A stretch of 64,000 nt of DNA, taken from contig CAWIGG010000004.1 in the NCBI GenBank assembly GCA_963835575.1, positions 352,001-416,000 on the forward strand, given 5' to 3'. Below the pieces are notes generated by a model. That model was not told the DNA's origin, did not search any database, and worked only from the letters and a program-made list of their open reading frames with translations. Positions 1-9,866 of the stretch are shown here, one piece after another. Position 1 is the stretch's first letter; each line of letters starts with the position of its first letter. This DNA comes from an uncultured Spirochaetota bacterium (GTDB lineage: Bacteria; Spirochaetota; Brevinematia; Brevinematales; JAOACQ01). The position numbers were made by a program, and so were the translations under genes.

Positions 1-2272
1 TTTGGAACTCCAGAAAAAATACCCTTCCGAAATAATAACTGGAGTTGAAGCCACAGCTTATTTCCCGGAAGACGGATGTAAAGTCCATATTCTGGTCTTT
101 GATATTAACAAAAGCCAATTCCAGATAATAAATAATATCAGAGAAAATATATATTTACTAAGGGATTACATCAAAAAAGAAAACCTTGCCTATTCCGTAG
201 CGCATGCCAGCTATTCCATCGACGGAAAATTAAAAACGGAACACCTGGAAAAGCTGATACTTTTATTCGACATATTCGAAGCACAAAACGGCTCAAGGAA
301 CAGGCGCCTGAATTTGGATTGGACTTCGCTTTTGTCCTCCCTGACCCCGCATGATATAGACAAATTGTATCAGAAACATAAAATAGAGCCTTACAGTTCA
401 AACCCCTGGATTAAAGGCTTTACCGGAGGGTCCGATGATCATGCCGGCATCTTTATCGGGAAAACCTATACCTGTGCGGAAACGGAAACAAAAGAAGGGT
501 TTTTGGAACTCCTCAAATCTAAAAAGACCCTTGCTTCAGGAAGGCATAATCATTTTCATGGACTTGCCTTCGCGATCTACAAAATCGCTTATGAGTTTTC
601 CAGAACAAAAAGTAAGGTACTATCGGACCATTTCTTCAGCAGGCTGACAGAATTGATCTTCAATCAAAAAGAACTCAATTTAAAGAGCAAATTGGTCTTA
701 AAAAGCCTTAAAGTTAAAAAGAAATCGATGAAACCTTATCAGATGATCGCCGATCTGATTGAAAACCTGCGCAATAGCAACTTCAGCAACATAGACGATA
801 CGCTGTCGGCTGTTTATGATAAAATAGCCATGATCTCCGATTATTTTATAAAACATTTTATTGAATCGATCAGAAAAGACCTGGAAAAAGGAAATATTAT
901 ATCTATTTTTAAAGATATTTCAATTTCGCTTCCCGGGATATTCCTGTCCCTCCCGTTCCTGACCGCTTTCCGGCATCTTTTTAATAACCGCTATCTGGTT
1001 TCTGAACTGTCGGCAGGTCTCAACATGTCATCACTCCACAATCCTGATAAGAAAATCCTCTGGTTCACCGATACGCTGACGGACCTGAACGGCGTATCGG
1101 TTGTTTTAAAAAAAATTGCCGGACAGAGCTCACTCAACAATAAAAATTTAAAAATTCTCACAAGCCTGAATAAAAATGAGATCGTTGAAGAACTGCCGCC
1201 GAATATAATGGTTTTTGAGCCTGTTTATTCATTCAAGATACCTTACTATGAAAATCTCAGTATTAACATTCCTTCCCTGTTGAAGGTCCTGAAGGAAATA
1301 TATCAATATGATCCCGATGAAATTTATATATCAACCCCCGGTATTATCGGTTTGATCGGACTTTTCGTCTCCAGGCTGATGAATATAAAGGCCGTAAGCG
1401 TTTATCATACGGATTTTATGCTGCAGGCCGAGAAACTGGCCGGGAATGAATCCATAACCTCCATGGTGGAAAATTATATCCGCTGGTTTTATAACTTTTC
1501 AGACGAAATAAAAATTCCTACAGCGGGCTACATGGAAATTCTCGAAAAGCGAGGGTATCTCCCGGAAAAGATGAGCCTTTTCAGAAGAGGCTATGATGTT
1601 GAGACATTCAAGCCCAGAATGAAAAAAAGCATGTATTTCAAAAACCGGTTTGATTTGAAAAAGGGAATTAATCTTCTCTATGCCGGCAGGATTTCAAAAG
1701 ATAAAAATCTTGACCTGCTCATTGAAGCGTTTTTGAAAGCTTCCAGGGAAGGAAATAATATCAACCTTATTCTCGCAGGGGACGGACCTTACCTGACCGA
1801 ATTGAAAAACAAAATAAAAAATGAAAAAAGAATACTGCTGACTGGAAGGCTTCCTCATGAGGAAATGCCTGAAATCTATTCCGACGCCGATATATTCGTT
1901 TTCCCCAGCACGACAGACACATTCGGAATGGCTGTTCTTGAAGCCCAGGCCTGCGGCGTACCGGCGGTTGTCACCGATGTCGGCGGCCCCAAGGAAATCA
2001 TTCAGGACGGTATTACCGGCTTAGTGGCAAAGTCCGGCGATATCAATGACTGGGTAGAAAAGATAGAATTTCTCTGCCGCTTAATAAAATATAAACCCAG
2101 ACGCTACGGTGAGATGTGCCTGGCATCATGGCTAAGGATGATGGAAAACTACAGCTGGGAAAATCTTTTTAATGATATATATGAGAAAAAACCGGACAGG
2201 AAGAAATTAAATATTAAATACCGGCCAAAAAAAAGAAATCTTACAACAGAGCTCATTGCGAGTCTGGAATAA
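1..2272 (+). CDS. PHP-domain / GT4 glycosyltransferase fusion, 5'-truncated by the window edge
   Basis: N-terminal PHP motifs (GVE, HILV, AHA, FEAQNG, GGSDDHAG); C-terminal GT-B motifs (YAGRISKDKNL, FVFPSTTDTFGMAVLEAQACGVP). Confidence 0.85.
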   Translation, partial: LELQKKYPSEIITGVEATAYFPEDGCKVHILVFDINKSQFQIINNIRENIYLLRDYIKKENLAYSVAHASYSIDGKLKTEHLEKLILLFDIFEAQNGSRNRRLNLDWTSLLSSLTPHDIDKLYQKHKIEPYSSNPWIKGFTGGSDDHAGIFIGKTYTCAETETKEGFLELLKSKKTLASGRHNHFHGLAFAIYKIAYEFSRTKSKVLSDHFFSRLTELIFNQKELNLKSKLVLKSLKVKKKSMKPYQMIADLIENLRNSNFSNIDDTLSAVYDKIAMISDYFIKHFIESIRKDLEKGNIISIFKDISISLPGIFLSLPFLTAFRHLFNNRYLVSELSAGLNMSSLHNPDKKILWFTDTLTDLNGVSVVLKKIAGQSSLNNKNLKILTSLNKNEIVEELPPNIMVFEPVYSFKIPYYENLSINIPSLLKVLKEIYQYDPDEIYISTPGIIGLIGLFVSRLMNIKAVSVYHTDFMLQAEKLAGNESITSMVENYIRWFYNFSDEIKIPTAGYMEILEKRGYLPEKMSLFRRGYDVETFKPRMKKSMYFKNRFDLKKGINLLYAGRISKDKNLDLLIEAFLKASREGNNINLILAGDGPYLTELKNKIKNEKRILLTGRLPHEEMPEIYSDADIFVFPSTTDTFGMAVLEAQACGVPAVVTDVGGPKEIIQDGITGLVAKSGDINDWVEKIEFLCRLIKYKPRRYGEMCLASWLRMMENYSWENLFNDIYEKKPDRKKLNIKYRPKKRNLTTELIASLE

Positions 2273-2276
2273 AATC

Positions 2277-3512
2277 ATGAAAAAGGAATTGATTGTTTTT
2301 GAAACTGAAAATAAAAAGCCGGGAAATAGACCTCTGGAGTCCATCGAAAAATTGAATGCCTACAAAATCCTTAAATCGGTCCAAAATCCGCCTCTCATCA
2401 GGGAAACGATCGGGAAAATCGTCAGCAGTCTCTATTTTGTTTATGATGATGAAAAAGTGACGGACCTGGCGCAGGACCTGGATAAAAATAAAGAAATCCA
2501 GGCGCTCGGCGTCATTGACAGGCAGGGACAGATAAAGGGAATCATTGTCCGGAATGAACTTTTCAGTCTCCTGGGCAAACCCTACGGATACGATATTGTC
2601 AGGCATAAGACAATAAGCAAATTTATCAAAACAGCGGTCATGTTCAGTTATGAGAACAGTATACTGACTGTGGCAGAGGAAATGAAACAAGCGCTGAACA
2701 GTAAGGATACGGAATATTATATTCTATTCAGGGAAGGCAAAAAGTACGCGGGCGTGTTCAGCTCGATCGATATGATGATCTATTTATCCTTTATGACGCA
2801 AAGGGACATTCAGCTTGCCAGGACCCTGCAGCAGAAAATCGTCAAAGAGGATTATTTTATCAAAAACGAATATTTTCAATTCTGCGGCGCTTCCCGCATG
2901 GCAAAAGACATCGGCGGGGATTATTACCATATGATCAATTATGATGAAGGGAAATGGCTTATCACAATCTGCGATGTCTGCGGCAAAGGGGTGGCGGCCT
3001 CGCTCGTTTCGACCAGCATATCCGGAATGCTGTCGGTTTATAATTTCAAGAACGGTTTTGACGCTTTCATTTCAAAATTCAATCAGTATATTTTAAATAC
3101 TTTTGAATTTGTCACGGCGGTTTTTATAGATTTTAACAAAAAAGACGGCAGCTTGAAGCTGTATGATATGGGACATTCCTATATTTATCTGTTTAAAACG
3201 GGCAAGCTTTACCGGCTGAAGTCCGGAAGTGATAACCTGCCCCTTGGGGTCAGGGCGGAAATATCCCCCAGGGCCGATTCGCTCAAGCTTTCAAAGGGAG
3301 ATATGCTCATCATGATCACAGACGGTATTATCGAAGAGATTAACGAAAGCGGGGAAGAATTCGGGGAAAAACGGCTTTATCAAATTATCAAGAATTATCA
3401 AAGCACGGATATTACAAAAATAAAAGAAATCCTTCTTCAGACCGTTTCTTCCTACCGGGGTCATCTCCCGCAGCATGACGATCTGACCATACTCCTCCTC
3501 AACTATAAGTAA
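2277..3512 (+). CDS. SpoIIE/RsbU-family PP2C phosphatase with N-terminal CBS-like region
   Basis: IGGDYY, ICDVCGKGVAASL, MITDGIIE and HDDLT motifs; ATG at 2277 chosen as start. Confidence 0.85.
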   Translation: MKKELIVFETENKKPGNRPLESIEKLNAYKILKSVQNPPLIRETIGKIVSSLYFVYDDEKVTDLAQDLDKNKEIQALGVIDRQGQIKGIIVRNELFSLLGKPYGYDIVRHKTISKFIKTAVMFSYENSILTVAEEMKQALNSKDTEYYILFREGKKYAGVFSSIDMMIYLSFMTQRDIQLARTLQQKIVKEDYFIKNEYFQFCGASRMAKDIGGDYYHMINYDEGKWLITICDVCGKGVAASLVSTSISGMLSVYNFKNGFDAFISKFNQYILNTFEFVTAVFIDFNKKDGSLKLYDMGHSYIYLFKTGKLYRLKSGSDNLPLGVRAEISPRADSLKLSKGDMLIMITDGIIEEINESGEEFGEKRLYQIIKNYQSTDITKIKEILLQTVSSYRGHLPQHDDLTILLLNYK

Positions 3513-4039
3513 AATTCCCCGACTTCCTCATAATAGGGTTCCCTGTTTTTAAAAGGAAATTTCAGGCCGTCATCGAGAGAACATGATTGAATATACCTGC
3601 CGGTAAATGATTCATCAATATCGATTTCTATCAATGAAGGCTTCTTAAAATAGAACGCGATATTTTTATTGCCGATCAGTTCCCCGGCGATATTGGAAAG
3701 ATCCGGACAATGGCCTACTAAAACAGCTGTTTGTACTGAAGACTGCATATTTTTTATCAATATCTGGAAATTAGGAAAATCAAATCCCGGATTCAGGGTT
3801 TTATTGATTTCGTATTTTCTGGGCTTCAATTCGTTCTTGAGATATTCCGCTGTCTCCAGGGCCTTTGTAAAATCCGATGTGATCAGGCAGTCGATATCAT
3901 GATGGTATAAATTGACCAGCTTCCTGGCAAAAATCCCGGCCCTGAAGTGACCCGCTTTTGAGAGAGGCCTTAAATCCGCTTCGCCCTGCCAGAGTTCCTT
4001 TTCCACAGGCTTTGAATGCCGGACCAGTAAAATTTTCAT
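3503..4039 (-). CDS. sixA: SixA-type phosphohistidine phosphatase
   Basis: LLVRH, RPLSKAG, ALETA and LVGHCP motifs. Confidence 0.7.
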   Translation of the reverse strand: MKILLVRHSKPVEKELWQGEADLRPLSKAGHFRAGIFARKLVNLYHHDIDCLITSDFTKALETAEYLKNELKPRKYEINKTLNPGFDFPNFQILIKNMQSSVQTAVLVGHCPDLSNIAGELIGNKNIAFYFKKPSLIEIDIDESFTGRYIQSCSLDDGLKFPFKNREPYYEEVGEFYL

Positions 4040-4187
4040 CTGTTTTCTCCTTAAATGTTTTGTTTTGAAAACATTCCCTTCTATTTTAACAAGGGATTAT
4101 TAAGAAAATATGAATTTCATATCTGTTTTTTCTAAAGATTCAATTCCTCCGGCGGGAAACAAACCATTCCTTATCCTTAAAAAACAG

Positions 4188-4206
4188 AAAATTAACCGGA
4201 AATTAA
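4188..4206 (+). promoter_or_regulatory. Putative Pho-box-like site (TTAAC-N6-TTAAT) upstream of phoB
   Basis: AAAATTAACCGGAAATTAA, identical to 7485-7503; 11-bp direct-repeat period. Confidence 0.6.
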
Positions 4207-4286
4207 TATTCTTTCCTTAAAATCATAATGAGATTATATTTTTGAAAAAAAGAAGTATGCGTTCTATACTATTAAAAGGAGGCATA

Positions 4287-4973
4287 ATGAATGAAGTAAT
4301 TGCCGTTGTGGACGACGAGGAAGATATCCTGAACCTGGTCGCCATTCATCTGGAAAAAGAAAAATTCCGGCCTGTGAAATTTTCAAGCGCTTTTCCATTC
4401 AAGGCATGGCTTCATGAAAATAAAACCACCCCGGACCTGATCATTCTGGACCTGATGCTGCCCGACCAGAGCGGGCTGGATATCTGCCGGGAACTGAAAT
4501 CAAGCGAGCTTTATTCCGGCATACCGGTGATTATGCTGACTGCCAGGGGCGAGGAAACGGATAAAATAGTGGGCCTGGAGCTGGGCGCGGATGATTATGT
4601 CACCAAGCCTTTCTCGCCGAAAGAACTGATAGCCCGGATAAAAGCGGTGCTGAGGCGGACCCGCCCTTCGGCAAAGACAGGCGAAAAAAAACGCAGCATT
4701 CATAATATAGAGATCGATTTCAACACTCATGAAGTGAGGGTCGAGGGAGAAAAAGTCGAGCTGACCTCGACCGAATTCAAGATCCTGGAAATCCTTTCCG
4801 CAAGAAGGGGCTGGGTGTTCAACCGCGATCAGCTTTTGGAACGGCTCTGGGGGCATGAAAAATATCCCACGGAACGTTCCATCGATGTGCATATCAATAA
4901 CCTCCGGAAAAAACTGGGGAAGGCCGGGGAAAGGATATTGAACCTGCGTGGCGTGGGCTATAAGATGGAGTAA
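4287..4973 (+). CDS. phoB: OmpR/PhoB-family response regulator
   Basis: Receiver domain (VVDD, LIILDLMLP, GADDYVTKPF) plus winged helix (RSIDVHINNLRKK); GGAGG RBS before ATG 4287; pst context. Confidence 0.85.
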   Translation: MNEVIAVVDDEEDILNLVAIHLEKEKFRPVKFSSAFPFKAWLHENKTTPDLIILDLMLPDQSGLDICRELKSSELYSGIPVIMLTARGEETDKIVGLELGADDYVTKPFSPKELIARIKAVLRRTRPSAKTGEKKRSIHNIEIDFNTHEVRVEGEKVELTSTEFKILEILSARRGWVFNRDQLLERLWGHEKYPTERSIDVHINNLRKKLGKAGERILNLRGVGYKME

Positions 4974-4986
4974 GGATTTGCTGCTG

Positions 4987-5036
4987 ATCCGATGTTTCAC
5001 ACGGATGACGCGGATTGAACGGATTTGCACGGATCA
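4987..5036 (+). repeat. Left arm, locus A (ACGGAT core, 9-bp period)
   Basis: ATCCGATGTTTCACACGGATGACGCGGATTGAACGGATTTGCACGGATCA; 40/50 identical to the reverse complement of 5683-5732. Confidence 0.9.
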
Positions 5037-5107
5037 GTTGATTGCTTCAAATATTATATGAAAATATATATATTTAAAAAAACGAAATGCTTTTATATGG
5101 AGTTGTA

Positions 5108-5638
5108 ATGAAGATAGCTTGTATTGGATGGGGATCACTTATTTGGAATCCTAGAAGACTTAAAACTCAAAATAAATGGTTTGAAGATGGGCCATTCTTG
5201 CCAATTGAATTCACGAGAATATCAAGAGACGATAGAGTAACCTTAATTATTGATGAGAAATCTAAACCTGTGCGGACTTTATGGACATTAATGACAACAG
5301 AATCTTTGGATGAAGGATTAAAGTCTTTAAAAGACCGAGAAGGATGTAAAAAAGAAGAAGATATTCATCATGTTACATCTTATGACGAACCAAAGGGTAA
5401 CATTCAAGAGACAATTAAGAAATGGATATTAGAAAAAAATTTAGATGCCGCTGTTTGGACAGGATTGTCATATAATAAGGAGAGACCGGATATTGATAGA
5501 ATTATTGAACACCTTGACAAACTCGAACGAAAGATTCAAATTTTGGCTGAAGAATACATAAGGAAAGCCCCCAAACAGATTGACACAGAATATAGACGAA
5601 GAATTGAAAAAGAGTTTGGATGGACTCTGATTGAATAA
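5108..5638 (+). CDS. AT-rich hypothetical protein, possibly gamma-glutamylcyclotransferase/ChaC-like fold
   Basis: N-terminal IGWGSLIW resembles the GGCT YGSL motif; L..REG motif; GGAG RBS. Confidence 0.55.
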   Translation: MKIACIGWGSLIWNPRRLKTQNKWFEDGPFLPIEFTRISRDDRVTLIIDEKSKPVRTLWTLMTTESLDEGLKSLKDREGCKKEEDIHHVTSYDEPKGNIQETIKKWILEKNLDAAVWTGLSYNKERPDIDRIIEHLDKLERKIQILAEEYIRKAPKQIDTEYRRRIEKEFGWTLIE

Positions 5639-5682
5639 TTTGCATGAATACACAAAAAGTATTTAACCAATAATTTTCTTTA

Positions 5683-5732
5683 TAATCCGTGAAAATCAGT
5701 GTCATCCGTGTTATCCGTGTGAATAATCGGAT
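5683..5732 (-). repeat. Right arm, locus A (inverted)
   Basis: Reverse complement reads ATCCGATTATTCACACGGATAACACGGATGACACTGATTTTCACGGATTA. Confidence 0.9.
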
Positions 5733-5760
5733 ATTACAAAAAAGCTTGAGGTATAAAAAC

Positions 5761-7503
5761 ATGAAAAGAAGCTTGTTTTTAAAAATCTGGATGGGTTTTC
5801 TGGCTTTAATAATACTGTTCGCTGTTTTTTTCAATCTGTTTATTTACAGGATGATACGGGAATTTTATATTAACGGCCTTTCCGATCATTACCGGAGTAT
5901 CGGCGTTTATATGTCCGAACAGTTGAAGCCTTTACTGCTGAAGGGAAAGATCCCGGAATTAAACGAAAGGATCCGTTCCGACACGAAATTCCTGAATGCC
6001 CGCATTACCGTGATCCGGACAAACGGGGTAGTGCTGGCCGATTCCGAAGCGGAAGCGGCTTCCATGGCCAACCATCTGGACCGGCCCGAAGTTCAGGATG
6101 TGCTTTCCGGCGGCACGGGTTTTTCGCTTAGGTACAGCGCTACCGTCCACAAAAGAATGCTTTACTCGGCCGTGCCCGTGATGGACGCGGGAAAAATGAT
6201 AGGAATAGTAAGGCTCAGCCTCTTTTTCGATAAGGAAGAGGCATTCATCGGCATCATCCGTGGAAGAATATTGTTGATCGGGTTTTTGATTTTAACGGCA
6301 TCCTTCATTCTGGCGGCCCTTTTCTCCGGATGGATCACGCGGCCCATACAGGCGCTGATCCGTCTTTCCGAGGAATTCGCCGGCGGGAATTTCAAGGCGC
6401 GCCTTTACCTTAAACAAAGCGGGGAGTTCAGGGTCCTTTCCGAACGGTTTAACCTGATGACGGAAAAAATCGAGGAATTGTTCGGAACGGTCACCAAGCA
6501 GAACGAGGAGTCACGGGTCCTGATGAACGCCATCCCCGAAGGCATATTATTTCTGGATAAAAAAGGGGTCATCCTGCAATGGAACAAAGGCATGGAACCG
6601 ATGATTTCCATACCGGACCCGCGGAACAGGCATTACTGGGAGATCATCCGGGAATCCTCACTAATGGATTTTGTGGACGCGCTTAAGAAAACAAGCGGGC
6701 CCCTGTCTCAGGAAATCGGCATGGGCGGAAAACAATATCTGGCAAGCGGCGCCGTTCTGGAAAAGCAGGAAAGGATCATTCTTCTTTTTCATGATATTAC
6801 CGGTTTAAAGGACCTGGAAGTCATGAAGAAAGACCTGATCGCCAACGCTTCCCATGAGCTGAGGACCCCTCTAACCGCTATCAAGGGATTTCTGGAAACA
6901 CTTGAAATGGAACCGACCAAGGAAAGCCTGAAGAAATATCTTCCCGTTCTGCAGAGGCACACCGAAAGGCTGATCGCCATTGTGGAAGATCTGTTGAAGC
7001 TGTCAAAGATGGAGAGCCCGGAATTCCGCATCAATATCACCCGGATCAATGTCAAGGACCTGATCGATGTCTCAACGAAAATATTTATAAAAAAAATCGA
7101 GGACAAAAAGCTTTACCTGCGGACCGAATTGTTTGATTCTCCTCTGCAGATCGAGGGGGATGAGCTTCTCCTGCAGGACATGCTGATCAACCTTATCGAT
7201 AACGCCGTAAAATACACCGATGCCGGGGAGATCAGGGTACAGGTCGATCAGTCCGGCGGGGAAATTCTTTTCAAAATTACCGATACGGGTATCGGGATCC
7301 CGAATGAAAGCCTTTCCCGGATTTTCGAACGGTTTTACGTGGCGGATAAGTCCCGCTCGCGCCAGTCCGGCGGCACAGGTCTGGGACTTGCAATCGTCAA
7401 GCATATCGTACTTCTGCACCGGGGTTCAATCACGGTGGACAGCATTCCCGGCAAGGGTACAACTTTTACTGTAAGGATTCCTGTAAAATTAACCGGAAAT
7501 TAA
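5761..7503 (+). CDS. phoR: PhoR-type sensor histidine kinase (TM-HAMP-PAS-HisKA-HATPase)
   Basis: SHELRTPLTAIKG H-box, NLIDNAVKY, DTGIGI, FERFY and GTGLGLAIVKH; two TM segments. Confidence 0.9.
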   Translation: MKRSLFLKIWMGFLALIILFAVFFNLFIYRMIREFYINGLSDHYRSIGVYMSEQLKPLLLKGKIPELNERIRSDTKFLNARITVIRTNGVVLADSEAEAASMANHLDRPEVQDVLSGGTGFSLRYSATVHKRMLYSAVPVMDAGKMIGIVRLSLFFDKEEAFIGIIRGRILLIGFLILTASFILAALFSGWITRPIQALIRLSEEFAGGNFKARLYLKQSGEFRVLSERFNLMTEKIEELFGTVTKQNEESRVLMNAIPEGILFLDKKGVILQWNKGMEPMISIPDPRNRHYWEIIRESSLMDFVDALKKTSGPLSQEIGMGGKQYLASGAVLEKQERIILLFHDITGLKDLEVMKKDLIANASHELRTPLTAIKGFLETLEMEPTKESLKKYLPVLQRHTERLIAIVEDLLKLSKMESPEFRINITRINVKDLIDVSTKIFIKKIEDKKLYLRTELFDSPLQIEGDELLLQDMLINLIDNAVKYTDAGEIRVQVDQSGGEILFKITDTGIGIPNESLSRIFERFYVADKSRSRQSGGTGLGLAIVKHIVLLHRGSITVDSIPGKGTTFTVRIPVKLTGN

Positions 7504-7526
7504 CAATCTTCTGACGGATTATTAAT
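7485..7526 (+). promoter_or_regulatory. Putative Pho-box array upstream of the porin-pst operon
   Basis: TTAAC (7489), TTAAC (7500), CTGAC (7511), TTAAT (7522): exact 11-bp period. Confidence 0.65.
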
Positions 7527-7584
7527 CCGCATCTTCTAAAATATTCCTGCCTTAAATTTTAAAACCAAATAAGGAGGATATTTT

Positions 7585-8727
7585 ATGAAGAAGATTTTAG
7601 GCGCAATAACGCTGGTAATGATCCTTTCAACGGCGGCATTCGCGGAACTCAAAGTGGAATCCCTTACCTGGCTGGATATTGAGGAAACCATCGACACCAA
7701 CCCAAGCCCGAAAGTTGACGGAGGCGGCCAGTTCTACATCGGAAGGGAATATCTCACACTGTCCGGCGACATCGGCAAGGACTGGTTCGGAGACTCCATC
7801 AAAGGAAGAGTAACGTTTGATGCTACAAAAGCCGCTACGCCGATCAAGTACGCTTATTTTGACTGGACCATTCTGAAGACTTCCTACAGCTTCGTTCATG
7901 GCGAAGATACGAACACCGTCAGCCTGGCCAGTCTTGTATTATCAGGCGGTCTTCTCAAGAGCTATTTCGGCAACCTGGCATTCTGGGAATACCCCATTCC
8001 GGTAAAGGACGCAACAGAAAATTATTCCTCTACCAGTCAATATCTTAAACCCGCCGTTTCGGCCGATTTCGGCCTGATGCTTTCCGGAAAATTGCTCCCG
8101 GTCGAAGGCCTGACATCATCCCTTTTCTCTTATTACATCCAGGTCCTTAACGGCGAAAAGGGATACGAATCCGTTTATTCAGGATCTTTCCTGGGGACCA
8201 ACGCCGATTCATTCGTCGGCCAGTATTCGGCATTTATTTCACCTCTGGACGGTATTCTGATCGGCGGTACTTACCGTTACCAGGATTATAACCTTGTCAC
8301 AGGCAATAACGAGACATCCTATGCCCTGGTGGCGACGGCAAAAGACGTTATGGGAATACCTGTCGATTTCGTCGCGCAGTACATTATGATGAACTCGACT
8401 AATTTTTATGGGAAAGCCGTTAACGGCACAACCAATAATTACTTTAACGGCGTTGTATACACGGTTTCCCTGGGCTACGGTTTATTTGACGGCGCTTTTA
8501 CACCTTATGTCAGGTATGATTTCTACGACCAGAACACCGCCTCCAATAAAACCAACGATTCAGGCTCTCTTCTCTACATCGGCGCAAATATCAAGCTGGA
8601 CAAAAACAATATGGCCATCAAACCTATGTATACCATGTACCTGACTGAAAAAGACCAGCCGACAGGCGGCAAATTCAATATCAAGCTTGAATTCGAGTAC
8701 AAGCTGAACTTCAGCATCTGGCAGTAA
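7585..8727 (+). CDS. Putative outer-membrane beta-barrel (phosphate-porin-like)
   Basis: Signal peptide ending AFA; alternating aromatic beta-strands; KYAYFDW and PYVRYDFYD; first gene of the pst operon. Confidence 0.6.
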   Translation: MKKILGAITLVMILSTAAFAELKVESLTWLDIEETIDTNPSPKVDGGGQFYIGREYLTLSGDIGKDWFGDSIKGRVTFDATKAATPIKYAYFDWTILKTSYSFVHGEDTNTVSLASLVLSGGLLKSYFGNLAFWEYPIPVKDATENYSSTSQYLKPAVSADFGLMLSGKLLPVEGLTSSLFSYYIQVLNGEKGYESVYSGSFLGTNADSFVGQYSAFISPLDGILIGGTYRYQDYNLVTGNNETSYALVATAKDVMGIPVDFVAQYIMMNSTNFYGKAVNGTTNNYFNGVVYTVSLGYGLFDGAFTPYVRYDFYDQNTASNKTNDSGSLLYIGANIKLDKNNMAIKPMYTMYLTEKDQPTGGKFNIKLEFEYKLNFSIWQ

Positions 8728-8763
8728 CTTTTTGTCTAAATAACGAATAATAGTTATAATAAT

Positions 8764-8796
8764 AGGGTAGACTGGAAACAGTTTCCGGTCTGCCCT
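8764..8796 (+). terminator. Intergenic stem-loop between the porin gene and pstS
   Basis: AGGGTAGACTGGAAAC-A-GTTTCCGGTCTGCCCT (stem includes G.U pairs); weak U tail. Confidence 0.45.
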
Positions 8797-8822
8797 TAAT
8801 TCTAAAAAAAGGAGGAAATAAG

Positions 8823-9866
8823 ATGAAGAAAGTATTATTGACGATTTTAACCATATCCGTTTTCTGCATGGCGGGATTATACGGGGCTGATAAGATTGAC
8901 AGTCTCCTGGGGGCCGGGGCGACATTCCCATATCCCCTTTATTCCAAAATGTTTGACGTTTATAATCAGTCCATGAAAATCATGGTTAATTATCAGGCCA
9001 TCGGCTCAGGCGGCGGCATCCAGCAGCTGATCAGCAAAACCGTCGATTTCGGCGGCACGGACGCGCCTTTGAGCGACAATGAAAAAAAGGCCGCGAAAGG
9101 CGATGTGATACATATCCCGACCTGCCTTGGAGCTGTTGTGCTGACATACAACCTGCCCGGCGCCCCGGTCCTGAATTTCACTCCGGAAGTCATCGCGGGA
9201 ATATTCCTGGGCGCCATCACAAAATGGAACGACCCGAAGATCGCTGAGATCAACAAGGATGCCAAACTGCCCGACCTGGCTATCACCGTTGTCCACCGTT
9301 CAGACGGAAGCGGCACGACTTATACATTCAGCGACTATCTCACAACTGTCAGCCCCGAATGGAAAACCAAGGTGGGAACAGGAAAATCCCTTAACTGGCC
9401 CGCCGGTATCGGCGGAAAGGGAAATCCCGGCGTGACCGCCTATATCAAACAGCTTCCCGGCGCCATCGGCTATGTGGAAGAGGCATATGCCAGTCAAAAT
9501 AAAATGCCTATGGGCAAAATCAGGAACAAAAGCGGGAATTTTATCGAAGCCAATTTAAAATCCGTTATGAATGCGGCAAACATTGAAATACCTGCTCACA
9601 CTCAGGTTTCCATAGTAGACACGCCGGCCAAGGACGGCTATCCCATCTGTACTTTCACCTGGATCATTCTTTACAAGGAACAGTCTTACGGCGGCAGGCC
9701 TCTTAACAGGGCTAAAGAAGTCGTCAAGCTCATCCGGTGGATGGTCCATGACGGCCAGCAGTACAATGAAACGCTGGAATACGGAAAGCTTCCGGAAAAA
9801 GTGGTAAAACTCGCGGACGATTTATTGGATTCGGTGGTTTATGCAGGCAAAAAAGTTGCTAAATAA
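8823..9866 (+). CDS. pstS: Phosphate ABC transporter substrate-binding protein
   Basis: GAGATFPYPLY, YQAIGSGGG and RSDGSGTT motifs. Confidence 0.95.
   Translation: MKKVLLTILTISVFCMAGLYGADKIDSLLGAGATFPYPLYSKMFDVYNQSMKIMVNYQAIGSGGGIQQLISKTVDFGGTDAPLSDNEKKAAKGDVIHIPTCLGAVVLTYNLPGAPVLNFTPEVIAGIFLGAITKWNDPKIAEINKDAKLPDLAITVVHRSDGSGTTYTFSDYLTTVSPEWKTKVGTGKSLNWPAGIGGKGNPGVTAYIKQLPGAIGYVEEAYASQNKMPMGKIRNKSGNFIEANLKSVMNAANIEIPAHTQVSIVDTPAKDGYPICTFTWIILYKEQSYGGRPLNRAKEVVKLIRWMVHDGQQYNETLEYGKLPEKVVKLADDLLDSVVYAGKKVAK

Noticed and set aside
5689..5760. Extended PhoR N-terminus (MKISVIRVIRV...) and similar short ORFs through the arms (4500..5030, 5502..5834, 20005..20220)
   Set aside because: These are translations of the repeat arms or antisense shadows; ATG 5761 has an RBS-like GAGG.
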